Source: Escherichia coli
GTDB taxonomy: Bacteria; Pseudomonadota; Gammaproteobacteria; Enterobacterales; Enterobacteriaceae
DNA: 64,000 bases
Assembly: GCF_044324785.1 (NCBI RefSeq)
Contig: NZ_CP172127.1
Reading direction: 5' to 3' (one strand)
The position numbers were made by a program, and so were the translations under genes. Positions 1 through 10,908 of this stretch are shown here, piece by piece; positions within the stretch are counted from its first letter, which is position 1; every line of letters begins with the position of its first letter. Under the pieces are notes generated by a model. It was not told the DNA's origin and did no database searches. It saw only the letters and a list, made by a program, of their open reading frames with translations.

Positions 1-992
1 ACAATGCGGCTGGCAAAGTAATCCATATTGTCGTAAATCTTGCGCAGGGAATCGGCCGAGATTGTCAGGCTGGAGGCGCTGGCCCCGCTGATTTTGCCGG
101 TTTCCAGTAAATGCACCACCGATTCCTGTAGCACTTCCGAATACATCATAAACGGAGGAATTTCCGGGTTTTCCCCCAGACGCGCCATTACCGCATTATT
201 GATATTGCCCACGCCACTTTGCAGCGGCAGAAATTCCGGCGGAATACGCCCATGCGCCATTTCCTGCAACAAGAACGTGACCACGTTATCGGCAATCTGC
301 TGGCACATGGGATTTTGCTTATCCAGCATATTACCGGCGTCGGGCAAGTTGGTTTCCACGACGGCGACAATCTTTTTCGGATCGATTTGCACATAGCGGG
401 TACCGACGCGATCCATTGCATGGAAGATCGACACGCTATTGCGCCGCGGTGGCGCGCCAGGAATCACAATATCTGCCAGTTCTGCAACGCGCGGATCGTG
501 ATAGTGATTGAGTTCAATGATCACTTTCTTCGCCCGCAGCAGCCAGGTCGGCGCATTACCGATCCCGCTGGTTAACCAGACTCGACCATCCGGTGCCAGT
601 GCCGATGCTTCAATGACGGCAACATCAATGTCGCCGAAGAAACCGTAATTGACCATTTGCGCCACTTCGCTCAAATGCAGGTCAACGAAACTCACCGCGC
701 CCTGATTGATCTTTTTACGTAAACCGGACGATGTTTGATATGGCGCACGCCAGGAAACAGCATCGGCGTCAGAAAGTACATCGTCAGCGGCGGCGCTGAT
801 TGACGCACCCGTCAGCAGGCGAATTTGATACGGCTTTTTGGCCTCATGCTGTTCGTTAGCTCTGCGGGCAATCGCGGTGGGTAAGGCTTTCGGCGAACCC
901 GCTGGGGTAAAGCCGCTAAATGCCACCATGTCGTTATGCTGGATAATTTCTGCCGCTTCATCGGCGGTCATCCTTGTCCACTGAGTTTCCAT
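1..992 (-). CDS. scpC: propionyl-CoA:succinate CoA-transferase; 5-prime ~330 codons only, the 3-prime end runs off the window start
   Basis: Minus-strand frame open from window edge to ATG at 990-992; translation begins METQWTRMTADEAAEIIQHNDMVAFSGF; AAGGAG RBS just upstream; directly downstream of scpB. Confidence 0.85.
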   Translation of the reverse strand, partial: METQWTRMTADEAAEIIQHNDMVAFSGFTPAGSPKALPTAIARRANEQHEAKKPYQIRLLTGASISAAADDVLSDADAVSWRAPYQTSSGLRKKINQGAVSFVDLHLSEVAQMVNYGFFGDIDVAVIEASALAPDGRVWLTSGIGNAPTWLLRAKKVIIELNHYHDPRVAELADIVIPGAPPRRNSVSIFHAMDRVGTRYVQIDPKKIVAVVETNLPDAGNMLDKQNPMCQQIADNVVTFLLQEMAHGRIPPEFLPLQSGVGNINNAVMARLGENPEIPPFMMYSEVLQESVVHLLETGKISGASASSLTISADSLRKIYDNMDYFASRI

Positions 993-1015
993 TTTTACTC
1001 CTTCGTTCGCAGGGA

Positions 1016-1801
1016 TTAATGACCAACGAAATTAGGTTTACGTTTTTCGAGGAAAGCGTTCATCCCTTCCTGGTAATCTTCGCTGTCATAAACGGCGCGG
1101 CGCATCCCCTGAATACGTTCAAATTCATCGGAGTTCATGGTGTGCGCTTCGCCCAGTACACGCAGCTCTTCTTTGATAACGGCAATGGCTAACGGCGCTT
1201 TCTCAGAGATGTGGTGCGCCATTTGTAAGGTGAAATCTTCCAGTTCTTCCACTTCCACAACATGGTTGAGAATGCCGACAGCCAGCGCGCGCTGGGCTGT
1301 GATTGGCGAAGCGGTAAAAATCAGCTCTTTGACAATGTGGAAGCCCGCGTCGCGGGTCAGGTTGTGAATGCCGACCAGGTTATACGGGACGCCGAGGTTT
1401 ACAGGTGTCATTGAGAAGGTTGAGGTACTGGCGGCGATGATCAGATCGGAACTCATGATCATTTCAAATGCGCCACCCCAGACACTACCTTCCACCATCG
1501 AAATGATCGGTTTCGGGAATTTTTGGATCATGCGGGTGATTTGACGCAACGGATCATCATAGGAGAGCGGATCGCGACCGCCAGACGGTAGTTCGTGAAT
1601 ATCGTGACCTGCGGAGAAGACTTTGGATCCACTCGGCGCGCGCAAAATGATACAGCGAATTTCCGGCCGGTTGAGATCGCTTAACGCCTGCATAAGATCA
1701 TCAATAAAGACTTTACTTAAGGCATTAAGTTTTCGGCCATAGTTAAACTCAATGACCGCCACTTTGTTGATAGTGGCAACGTTCACATACTGATAAGACA
1801 T
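1016..1801 (-). CDS. scpB: methylmalonyl-CoA decarboxylase (enoyl-CoA hydratase/crotonase fold), 261 aa
   Basis: ORF track 1016..1843; start moved to internal ATG (MSYQYVNVATINKVAV) matching recalled N-terminus; crotonase-like sequence. Confidence 0.85.
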   Translation of the reverse strand: MSYQYVNVATINKVAVIEFNYGRKLNALSKVFIDDLMQALSDLNRPEIRCIILRAPSGSKVFSAGHDIHELPSGGRDPLSYDDPLRQITRMIQKFPKPIISMVEGSVWGGAFEMIMSSDLIIAASTSTFSMTPVNLGVPYNLVGIHNLTRDAGFHIVKELIFTASPITAQRALAVGILNHVVEVEELEDFTLQMAHHISEKAPLAIAVIKEELRVLGEAHTMNSDEFERIQGMRRAVYDSEDYQEGMNAFLEKRKPNFVGH

Positions 1802-1811
1802 AAAAATTCCT

Positions 1812-2807
1812 TTAATCAAAATATTGCGTCTGGATAAATTCACTGAGCTGTCGCAGGCCGGTGCGCGGTGAGAGCGTATTGTTTTTGACCGCTAAAAGCG
1901 TCTGGCGGTAATAGCGATCGAAATCTTCATTCGCGAACAGGTGATTCAGTACTTCTTCTTCGGTTTGTTTACGCAGCCATTCCACCGATTGTTGTTGCCG
2001 CACTTGTTGTAATCGACCACTGGCAGTTAGCGCGGTTTTGAAGTCGATGATGGCGTGCCAGATCTCATCGATTCCACGTTTTTCCAGTGCGCTACAAGTC
2101 AGAACCCGTGGCTGCCATTCGTCGTATTTACGTCGCAGAATATGCAGGGCACTCTCGTACATATGCCGGGCAATGGCGATATTGGTATGGTTATCGCCAT
2201 CGTCTTTGTTGATAACGATCAGATCTGCCACTTCCATCAGCCCCTTTTTAATGCCCTGCAGATCATCGCCGCCACCGGCAATTTGCAACGAGATAAAACA
2301 GTCCACCATGCGGGCGACTTCCGTTTCTGACTGCCCGACGCCAACCGTTTCGACAATCACTACGTCATAACCCGCCGCTTCGCATAACAGCATTAATTCC
2401 CGCGCTCGCTGACTGGCACCGCCCAGATGGCCGGAGGAGGGTACCGGGCGAATAAACGCCGCCTCGGCACGCGCCAGGTCATTCATGCGGGTTTTATCCC
2501 CGAGGATGCTACCGCCAGTGACCGGGCTGCTAGGATCGACCGCAATAACCGCAACCTTTAGTCCCTCACGAATCAACAACATGCCAAAGGCTTCAAGAAA
2601 GGTACTTTTCCCCGCGCCGGGTGTGCCGGTAACACCCAGTCGCAGGGCGTTACCACAGAACGGCATAATGGCATCAAGCAGCTGCGTACTTAGCGCCTGA
2701 TGACGCGGGTGACGGCTTTCCACCAGCGTCATGGCCTGGGCGAGCGTGGCACGCTCACCCTGACGTAAGCGGCGAATACTTTCTGCCAGCGTGGCTTCAT
2801 TAATCAT
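1812..2807 (-). CDS. argK: MeaB-like GTPase accessory protein of methylmalonyl-CoA mutase, 331 aa
   Basis: P-loop GTPGAGKST visible; overlaps scpA stop by 8 nt; operon position. Confidence 0.9.
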   Translation of the reverse strand: MINEATLAESIRRLRQGERATLAQAMTLVESRHPRHQALSTQLLDAIMPFCGNALRLGVTGTPGAGKSTFLEAFGMLLIREGLKVAVIAVDPSSPVTGGSILGDKTRMNDLARAEAAFIRPVPSSGHLGGASQRARELMLLCEAAGYDVVIVETVGVGQSETEVARMVDCFISLQIAGGGDDLQGIKKGLMEVADLIVINKDDGDNHTNIAIARHMYESALHILRRKYDEWQPRVLTCSALEKRGIDEIWHAIIDFKTALTASGRLQQVRQQQSVEWLRKQTEEEVLNHLFANEDFDRYYRQTLLAVKNNTLSPRTGLRQLSEFIQTQYFD

Positions 2808-4944
2808 GATGCTGGCTTATTAGATTCAGTACGTCGCGCACGCTGTCGAGCATAGGCGTACCTGGACCATAAATCGCCGCCACGCCGCGCTCTTGCAGGA
2901 AGGCGTAATCCTGCGGCGGAATGACGCCACCGGCGACTACGCAGATATCTTCGCGTCCCCATTTTTTCAGCGCTTCGACCAGTTCCGGGATCAGCGTTTT
3001 ATGGCCGGCAGCCAGTGAGGATGCGCCCACTACGTGAACATCATTTTCTACTGCCAGGCGGGCGATCTCTTCAGGTGTAGAGAACATCGGGCTTAAATCT
3101 ACGTCGAAACCGAGATCGGAATAGGCGCTGGCGATCACTTTCGCGCCGCGATCGTGCCCATCCTGGCCCATTTTGGCGATCAGAATGCGCGGGCGACGAC
3201 CATTGTCGGCAAGGAACTGCTCCGTTTGCGCAACAATGGCATCGAACTCGGTGGCCGATTTCTCAGACTGATGATAGCTTTGCGCAATCACGCCGGTAAC
3301 ACACTGGCTTGGCACCAGATAACGGTCAAATGCCGCTTCCAGCGCATCGGAAATTTCACCAAGCGTTGCGCGAACGCGAGCGGCATTAACAGCGGCAGCC
3401 AGCAGGTTTTCGTTATGCTGTGCGGCGTGAGTCAGGGCGTTCAACGTGGCGGTTACGGCGGCATCATCACGGGTGGCGCGAATGCGTTCCAGTGAAGCAA
3501 TCTGCTCGTTACGCACCATCACGTTGTCGATCTCAAGTACATCGGTTTCGTCTTCGTGATCCAGTTTGTACTTATTGACACCAACGATGACACGCTTGCC
3601 CTGGTCGATCAACGACTGTTCGCGCGCGGAGGCCTCTTCGATCATTCGTTTTGGCAGACCTGCTTCGATCGCTTTCGCCATGCCACCGGCTTCGTCGATC
3701 TGTTGGATAATGGCTCTGGCTTGTTTGACGATTTGATCGGTCAGTGATTCAACGTAATAGGATCCGGCCAGTGGATCGACGGTGCGGCAGAGTTCTGATT
3801 CTTCCTGAATGATGATCTGGGTATTGCGGGCAATGCGTGCTGAGAAATCGGTAGGCAAACCAAGCGCTTCATCAAAGGCGTTGGTATGCAGTGACTGAGT
3901 ACCGCCCAGCGTTGCAGCCAGTGCTTCAATGGTGGTGCGGATAACGTTGTTATACGGATCCTGTTCAGTCAGGCTCCAGCCTGAGGTCTGGCAGTGGGTA
4001 CGCAGCGCCAGTGATTTAGGATCCTGTGCGCCAAATCCACTGACCGCTTCGCTCCATAAAAAACGTGCCGCACGCAACATGGCGACGTTCATAAACAGAT
4101 CCATGCCGATGCCGAAGAAGAACGACAGGCGAGGAGCGAAGTCATCAATTTTCAGCCCAGCGGATATTGCTGCTTTGATGTACTCAATCCCATCGGCGAG
4201 CGTAAATGCTACCTGCTGCACGCAGTTGGCACCCGCTTCACCCATGTGGTAACCGCTGATACTGATGGTATTAAATCGCGGCATGTTGCCGGAACACCAG
4301 GCGATGATGTCGGCGATAATGCGCATTGACGGTTTTGGCGGGTAAATATAGGTGTTGCGGCAGAGGTACTCTTTGAGGATATCGTTTTGAATGGTGCCGG
4401 TCAGTTTATCAGGTGTAACACCTTGCTCTTCCGCGGCGACGATATAAAACGCCAGTACTGGTAGCACTGCGCCATTCATGGTCATCGAAACCGACATTTT
4501 ATCCAGCGGGATCTGGTCGAACAGGACTTTCATATCTTCCACGGTGTCGATAGCGACGCCCGCTTTGCCGACGTCGCCCGCCACGCGTGGGTTATCGGAG
4601 TCGTAGCCTCGGTGGGTGGCAAGGTCAAACGCAACGGAAAGACCTTTTTGCCCGGCGGCCAGGTTACGGCGATAAAAAGCGTTGGACTCTTTTGCTGTTG
4701 AAAAACCAGCATACTGACGGATGGTCCACGGTTGGGCGGTATACATAGTGGCACGCGGGCCACGAACGTAGGGAGGCAAACCAGGAAGGGTACCTGTCAC
4801 CTCCAGATTATCGAGATCGGCTTCGGTATACAGCGGCTTGATGGCGATCCCTTCCGCGGTTTGCTGAACCAGCGAGTCGACAGTTTTCTCCCGACGGCTC
4901 AATTCCTTGTTGGCAAGCTGTTGCCACTCCTGCACGTTAGACAT
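2800..4944 (-). CDS. scpA: B12-dependent methylmalonyl-CoA mutase (Sbm), 714 aa
   Basis: ORF 2800..4965 trimmed to ATG giving [16 protein letters not shown]12-binding DxHxxG motif (GQDGHDRG) near C-terminus. Confidence 0.9.
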   Translation of the reverse strand: MSNVQEWQQLANKELSRREKTVDSLVQQTAEGIAIKPLYTEADLDNLEVTGTLPGLPPYVRGPRATMYTAQPWTIRQYAGFSTAKESNAFYRRNLAAGQKGLSVAFDLATHRGYDSDNPRVAGDVGKAGVAIDTVEDMKVLFDQIPLDKMSVSMTMNGAVLPVLAFYIVAAEEQGVTPDKLTGTIQNDILKEYLCRNTYIYPPKPSMRIIADIIAWCSGNMPRFNTISISGYHMGEAGANCVQQVAFTLADGIEYIKAAISAGLKIDDFAPRLSFFFGIGMDLFMNVAMLRAARFLWSEAVSGFGAQDPKSLALRTHCQTSGWSLTEQDPYNNVIRTTIEALAATLGGTQSLHTNAFDEALGLPTDFSARIARNTQIIIQEESELCRTVDPLAGSYYVESLTDQIVKQARAIIQQIDEAGGMAKAIEAGLPKRMIEEASAREQSLIDQGKRVIVGVNKYKLDHEDETDVLEIDNVMVRNEQIASLERIRATRDDAAVTATLNALTHAAQHNENLLAAAVNAARVRATLGEISDALEAAFDRYLVPSQCVTGVIAQSYHQSEKSATEFDAIVAQTEQFLADNGRRPRILIAKMGQDGHDRGAKVIASAYSDLGFDVDLSPMFSTPEEIARLAVENDVHVVGASSLAAGHKTLIPELVEALKKWGREDICVVAGGVIPPQDYAFLQERGVAAIYGPGTPMLDSVRDVLNLISQHHD

Positions 4945-5112
4945 TATTTGCTCCGTAAAACGCAATCAAAATGAGGGTATTTGCGCCTACGGTGAGCTTT
5001 TTACGTGGGTTTGTCGCCAGCAAAAAAAATGCATTCAGACGTCGTTTTTTGCCGCCTGAGATTTGTCTATTTTGTGATGTGATTCAAGGAATACAAAAAG
5101 AAGTGAGGACAA

Positions 5113-5133
5113 CGCCTGATATGTGCTATCAGG
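5113..5133 (-). terminator. stem-loop (GCCTGATA/TATCAGGC arms) just downstream of argP stop
   Basis: Inverted repeat gcctgatatgtgctatcaggc read directly; no strong U-tract. Confidence 0.4.
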
Positions 5134-5147
5134 CATTATTTGATGGA

Positions 5148-6041
5148 TTAATCCTGACGAAGGACTTTGTGACCATAATCGAGTAACGCATCAGTGACTT
5201 TACGCATCATGCGGCTTTCAGGAGCAAAGCGGTGCCAGTAGAGCATCCGTCGTTGAAATAGCCCAGGCGTTAAGTCAATCAGTTCACCGCTGGCCAGCTC
5301 TTTCTCGATTTGCAGGTGCGGGATCATACAGCAGGTGGTGCCCTGGCGAGCAAGTTGCACGAACGCTTCTGAAGAATTAACGATATGGCACGGTACGCTG
5401 CCTGGGGGCAGATCGAAGTTTTGCTGCAAAAAGGCCTGGTGCATATCGTCAAGATGGTCAAAGGCGACCACTGGCGCTTTTAGCAGAGCCGAACGCGTTA
5501 CGCCGTTAGGGAAATATTTTTCGGCAAACGGTTTTGAGCTGACGAACAGATAGTCGAGCGCACCGAGCTTATCGACAAGACAACTCGGCAGCGCCTGATG
5601 TTGAATACTCACCGCGCCGACCACTTCGCCGCGGCGCAGACGTTCCTGAGTGCGGGTTTCATCTTCTACCTGCAAGTTGAGGCGGATAGGCGAATCAGCC
5701 AACACAGGAGCCAGCGCCGGAAGCAACCACGTCGCCAGACTGTCGGCGTTGACCGCCAGTGAAAGCAGCAGCGGAGTCGAACCGGTTTGTTCATCGCCCA
5801 GCCACTCTTCTTCCAGCAACTCCACCTGGCGTAGCAGTGCCAGCAGTTTTTGCCCTTGTTCTGTCGGGCGCGGTGGTACGGTACGCACCAACAGCGGCTG
5901 CCCGAACATATTTTCCAGTTGCTTAATGCGCTGTGAGACGGCTGATTGTGTAATGCACAGCTTTTGTGCCGCGCGCTCAAATCCTCGTTCACGTATCACC
6001 GCATCCAGTGCCTGTAATGTTCTGTAGTCCGGGCGTTTCAT
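5148..6041 (-). CDS. argP: LysR-family transcriptional regulator ArgP/IciA, 297 aa
   Basis: ORF 5148..6107 trimmed to ATG giving [43 protein letters not shown] (HTH). Confidence 0.9.
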
Positions 6042-6423
6042 TGCTGTTGTCTGCTCCTGGTAAATGCTTTTTCCTGCACTATGACACAATTTTGTGTCAG
6101 GTTGCATATACCGAAGCCGTCGGCGGGTAACATTTGTATTCGTGGTTAAACGCGCAGCTTAAAAGATCAGGGATTTGCGCTAATGCATTTCGCTCAGCGA
6201 GTTCGCGCCCTGGTTGTGTTGAATGGCGTGGCGTTATTGCCTCTGTTCGCACCGTGGAGCGGCATACCCAGACCGTTGTATGCTTTATTTGCCGGGCGAA
6301 AGGGGATGCCCGCCATTGCGCGATATTTTATGGATGAGTTAACCATGCGGCTTGCCAACGGGGTCTGAATCGCTTTTTTTGTATATAATGCGTGTGAAAT
6401 TTCATACCACAGGCGAAACGATC

Positions 6424-7083
6424 ATGACGCAGGATGAATTGAAAAAAGCAGTAGGATGGGCGGCACTTCAGTATGTTCAGCCCGGCACCATTGTTGGTGT
6501 AGGTACAGGTTCCACCGCCGCACACTTTATTGACGCGCTCGGTACAATGAAAGGCCAGATTGAAGGGGCCGTTTCCAGTTCAGATGCTTCCACTGAAAAA
6601 CTGAAAAGCCTCGGCATTCACGTTTTTGATCTCAACGAAGTCGACAGCCTTGGCATCTACGTTGATGGCGCAGATGAAATCAACGGCCACATGCAAATGA
6701 TCAAAGGCGGCGGCGCGGCGCTGACCCGTGAAAAAATCATTGCTTCGGTTGCGGAAAAATTTATTTGTATTGCCGACGCCTCCAAGCAGGTTGATATTCT
6801 GGGCAAATTCCCGCTGCCAGTAGAAGTTATCCCGATGGCACGTAGTGCAGTGGCGCGCCAGCTGGTGAAACTGGGCGGTCGTCCGGAATACCGTCAGGGC
6901 GTGGTGACCGATAATGGCAACGTGATCCTCGACGTCCACGGCATGGAAATCCTTGACCCGATAGCGATGGAAAACGCCATAAATGCGATTCCTGGCGTGG
7001 TGACTGTTGGCTTGTTTGCTAACCGTGGCGCGGACGTTGCGCTGATTGGTACACCTGACGGTGTCAAAACCATTGTGAAATGA
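6424..7083 (+). CDS. rpiA: ribose-5-phosphate isomerase A, 219 aa
   Basis: ORF 6352..7083 trimmed to ATG giving [31 protein letters not shown]. Confidence 0.9.
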
Positions 7084-7087
7084 TCTG

Positions 7088-7106
7088 ACGGGGGAACCTC
7101 CCCCGT
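7088..7106 (+). terminator. perfect 8-bp GC stem-loop (ACGGGGGA/TCCCCCGT) immediately after rpiA stop
   Basis: Inverted repeat read directly; followed by A-run not U-run, so terminator function uncertain. Confidence 0.4.
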
Positions 7107-7338
7107 TAAAAAAATTCTCTTCATTAAATTTGGTGACATGTGTCACGTTTTTACCTGGCTATTGTCGATTGCTCTAAATAAACCCTCTAAACCAGCATAT
7201 TCATCCAAGAAATACCTTTGCGTGATATTTCCTCAACATCGCGACGCAAACGTTCATATTGCCGCAATATTATTTTTTGATATGTTGAAAGGCGGATGCA
7301 AATCCGCACACAACATTTCAAAAGACAGGATTGGGTAA

Positions 7339-8571
7339 ATGGCAAAGGTATCGCTGGAGAAAGACAAGATTAAGTTTCTGCTGGTAGAAGGCGTGCACCA
7401 AAAGGCGCTGGAAAGCCTTCGTGCAGCGGGTTACACCAACATCGAATTTCACAAAGGCGCGCTGGATGATGAACAATTAAAAGAATCCATCCGCGATGCC
7501 CACTTCATCGGCCTGCGATCCCGTACCCATCTGACTGAAGACGTGATCAACGCCGCAGAAAAACTGGTCGCTATTGGCTGTTTCTGTATCGGAACAAACC
7601 AGGTTGATCTGGATGCGGCGGCAAAACGCGGTATCCCGGTATTTAACGCACCGTTCTCAAATACGCGCTCTGTTGCGGAGCTGGTGATTGGCGAACTGCT
7701 GCTGCTATTGCGCGGCGTGCCGGAAGCCAATGCTAAAGCGCACCGTGGCGTGTGGAACAAACTGGCGGCGGGTTCTTTTGAAGCGCGCGGCAAAAAGCTG
7801 GGTATCATCGGCTACGGTCATATTGGTACGCAATTGGGCATTCTGGCTGAATCGCTGGGAATGTATGTTTACTTTTATGATATTGAAAATAAACTGCCGC
7901 TGGGTAACGCCACTCAGGTACAGCATCTTTCTGACCTGCTGAATATGAGCGATGTGGTGAGTCTGCATGTACCAGAGAATCCGTCCACCAAAAATATGAT
8001 GGGCGCGAAAGAAATTTCACTAATGAAGCCCGGCTCGCTGCTGATTAATGCTTCGCGCGGTACTGTGGTGGATATTCCGGCGCTGTGTGACGCGCTGGCG
8101 AGCAAACATCTGGCGGGGGCGGCAATCGACGTATTCCCGACGGAACCGGCGACCAATAGCGATCCATTTACCTCTCCGCTGTGTGAATTCGACAACGTCC
8201 TTCTGACGCCACACATTGGCGGTTCGACTCAGGAAGCGCAGGAGAATATTGGCCTGGAAGTTGCGGGTAAATTGATCAAGTATTCTGACAATGGCTCAAC
8301 GCTCTCTGCGGTGAACTTCCCGGAAGTCTCGCTGCCACTGCACGGTGGGCGTCGTCTGATGCACATCCACGAAAACCGTCCGGGCGTGCTAACTGCGCTG
8401 AACAAAATCTTCGCCGAGCAGGGCGTCAACATCGCCGCGCAATATCTACAAACTTCCGCCCAGATGGGTTATGTGGTTATTGATATTGAAGCCGACGAAG
8501 ACGTTGCCGAAAAAGCTCTGCAGGCAATGAAAGCTATTCCGGGTACCATTCGCGCCCGCCTGCTGTACTAA
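7339..8571 (+). CDS. serA: D-3-phosphoglycerate dehydrogenase, 410 aa
   Basis: Full-length ORF; NAD-binding GIIGYGHIGTQLG; C-terminal ACT-like region. Confidence 0.95.
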   Translation: MAKVSLEKDKIKFLLVEGVHQKALESLRAAGYTNIEFHKGALDDEQLKESIRDAHFIGLRSRTHLTEDVINAAEKLVAIGCFCIGTNQVDLDAAAKRGIPVFNAPFSNTRSVAELVIGELLLLLRGVPEANAKAHRGVWNKLAAGSFEARGKKLGIIGYGHIGTQLGILAESLGMYVYFYDIENKLPLGNATQVQHLSDLLNMSDVVSLHVPENPSTKNMMGAKEISLMKPGSLLINASRGTVVDIPALCDALASKHLAGAAIDVFPTEPATNSDPFTSPLCEFDNVLLTPHIGGSTQEAQENIGLEVAGKLIKYSDNGSTLSAVNFPEVSLPLHGGRRLMHIHENRPGVLTALNKIFAEQGVNIAAQYLQTSAQMGYVVIDIEADEDVAEKALQAMKAIPGTIRARLLY

Positions 8572-8591
8572 TTCCCCTTCTCTGAAAATCA

Positions 8592-8623
8592 ACGGGCAGG
8601 TCACTGACTTGCCCGTTTTTTTA
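8592..8623 (+). terminator. rho-independent terminator of serA
   Basis: ACGGGCA...TGCCCGT stem followed by TTTTTTT. Confidence 0.75.
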
Positions 8624-8757
8624 TCGCTTCTCCACACCGTTGCCGCGTTGTGCATTCGGCTTTGCGAGTCTGCTCCAGAAAATAAATCAAAGTCAGATCA
8701 ATGCGTTGTGTTTATTTAATGGGGATTTACGATGGCAGGGCAGCATGGGGCTGTAAC

Positions 8758-8899
8758 GGTAAAGCCCTCACCGAAGCGAGGGCTTGAAGGAGAAGGGTTA
8801 TGATGCGACTTGTCATCATACTGATTGTACTGTTACTCATAAGTTTCCCAGCTTATTAACAGTCAGTCTCAGGGGAGGAGTCATCCTCCCTTACCCTTA
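8758..8899 (-). ncRNA. sibC: SibC antisense sRNA (antitoxin of ibsC); boundaries approximate
   Basis: Minus-strand TTGACA (8929-8934) - 17 nt - TAATTT (8906-8911) promoter; GCCCTC..GAGGGC hairpin plus UUU at 8764-8783; ~140 nt fully overlapping ibsC on opposite strand. Confidence 0.65.
8800..8859 (+). CDS. ibsC: type I toxin, 19-aa hydrophobic peptide IbsC (MMRLVIILIVLLLISFPAY)
   Basis: ATG ATG CGA CTT GTC ... TAT TAA read directly; GAAGGAGAAGG RBS 4-14 nt upstream; location in serA-ygfA intergenic region. Confidence 0.8.
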   Translation: MMRLVIILIVLLLISFPAY

Positions 8900-8959
8900 C
8901 TCACTAAATTAGGTTAAAGAATCAACGATGTCAATCAGGGCGATGCAGGTGTGTCGCCC

Positions 8960-9508
8960 TTACCACTCCCAGACTTTCGACGGTGTAACCACCGCAGGAA
9001 GTGGGATATCCCACTCTTCAACGGGGAGTTTTTCCACCAACTGACAATCATGCGCATAACCCACCGGTTGCATTTGATAGCGCTGCCAGTTTTGTAAGGT
9101 CCGATCATAAAAACCACCGCCCATTCCCAGGCGCTGACCGTACTCATCAAAGGCGACCAGCGGTGTGATCAACACGTCTAATCGGGAAAGGGGTAGCACG
9201 TCACGCACATCCAGTTTTGGCTCATGGATCTTCAACCTGTTCATCACCAGTTCGCTTTGCGGATGGTAATTCAGGAACAGCAAATTACCGGCACTAAAGG
9301 GATGCAAAACTGGAAGATATACGCGCTTACCGGCGCGCCAGAGTTGTTCTATGAGTGGCTGGGTGTCGAGTTCGCCATCAAAAGAGAGGAATACAGCGAC
9401 CGTATGCGCCATCACCACTGGGGGATACGTCATCATCCGGGTAGCGGCTTGTTGACCCATTTCCTGCTGTTGTTCCGGCGTTAACGCACGACGACGTTGC
9501 CGAATCAT
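8960..9508 (-). CDS. ygfA: 5-formyltetrahydrofolate cyclo-ligase family protein, 182 aa (alternative ATG at 9562 would give 200 aa)
   Basis: ORF 8960..9706 trimmed because its 5-prime 66 codons overlap the 6S RNA gene; MIRQRRRALTPEQQQEMGQQAATR N-terminus. Confidence 0.8.
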   Translation of the reverse strand: MIRQRRRALTPEQQQEMGQQAATRMMTYPPVVMAHTVAVFLSFDGELDTQPLIEQLWRAGKRVYLPVLHPFSAGNLLFLNYHPQSELVMNRLKIHEPKLDVRDVLPLSRLDVLITPLVAFDEYGQRLGMGGGFYDRTLQNWQRYQMQPVGYAHDCQLVEKLPVEEWDIPLPAVVTPSKVWEW

Positions 9509-9582
9509 TTTGCGGATTTCTTGTCGGGATAATGTCAGTGGGAGTTCTGGTAGTTGCGTCATGGCTGGTGCCAGATAAGAAG

Positions 9583-9766
9583 GGAATCTCCGAGATGCCG
9601 CCGCAGGCTGTAACCCTTGAACCCTTGGTTCAAGGTGAATGTGTCGTCGCAGTTTTAAGGCTTCTCGGACGGACCGAGCATGCTCACCAACCGCGGAGCG
9701 CCACATTCTTGTGGTATGAAATATCGGCTCAGGGGACTGGCCCGCTTGCGAACATCTCAGAGAAAT
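9583..9766 (-). ncRNA. ssrS: 6S RNA (RNA polymerase sigma70-holoenzyme regulator), ~184 nt
   Basis: Reverse complement reads ATTTCTCTGAGATGTTCGCAAGCGGGCCAGTCCCCTGAGCCGATATTTCATACCACAAGAATGTGGCGCTCCGCGGTTGGTGAGCATGCTCGGTCCGTCCGAGAAGCC..., matching the 6S RNA sequence as I recall it; immediately upstream of ygfA. Confidence 0.9.
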
Positions 9767-9807
9767 TTTGTCTTCACGGTTACTCTACCACAGTAAACCG
9801 AAAAGTG

Positions 9808-10203
<396 letters not shown>

Positions 10204-10304
10204 CTATAGCTACCCTGATGAGAAGAGACAAGCCCTTTTCTGGTCCACCAGGGCCCAAAGTGGTAGCATATCATGAATATTCCTCCCTTTGACGACGAAT
10301 GCTT

Positions 10305-10883
10305 ATGTCTATACAGAACGAAATGCCTGGTTACAACGAAATGAACCAGTATCTGAACCAACAAGGGACGGGTCTGACCCCTGCTGAGATGCATGGTTTA
10401 ATCAGCGGGATGATATGTGGCGGTAACGATGACAGCTCATGGCTGCCGCTACTTCACGACCTGACGAACGAAGGCATGGCTTTCGGTCATGAGCTGGCAC
10501 AGGCACTGCGTAAAATGCACTCTGCCACCAGCGATGCCCTGCAGGATGACGGCTTCCTTTTTCAGCTTTATCTGCCTGATGGCGATGATGTCAGCGTTTT
10601 CGATCGGGCTGATGCGCTGGCAGGTTGGGTCAATCACTTCCTGCTTGGTCTTGGCGTTACGCAACCGAAGCTGGACAAAGTGACCGGCGAAACCGGTGAA
10701 GCCATCGACGATCTGCGTAACATCGCGCAGCTGGGCTACGACGAAGACGAAGATCAGGAAGAGCTTGAAATGTCGCTTGAAGAGATCATCGAATACGTTC
10801 GTGTTGCCGCGCTGTTATGCCACGACACCTTTACTCATCCGCAACCGACCGCGCCAGAAGTACAAAAACCGACTCTACACTAA
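10305..10883 (+). CDS. ygfB: UPF0149 family protein YgfB, 192 aa
   Basis: ORF 10299..10883, start at second ATG ([17 protein letters not shown]). Confidence 0.85.
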
Positions 10884-10908
10884 AAACAAAAAACGTAAGG
10901 AGAGTGTT

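Noticed and set aside
6134-6368. Small + strand ORFs (67 aa and 61 aa) in the argP-rpiA intergenic region, possibly the annotated hypothetical yqfE
   Set aside because: No RBS or recognisable domain; I cannot confirm identity or expression from sequence alone
10696-10908. N-terminal extensions in the ORF track (pepP here; likewise gcvT, gcvP, argP, uacT, xanQ, guaD, hyuA, bglA, ygfT)
   Set aside because: Each extension lacks an RBS, whereas the internal ATG/GTG I chose has one and gives the protein N-terminus I recall; the extensions are read-through of intergenic DNA
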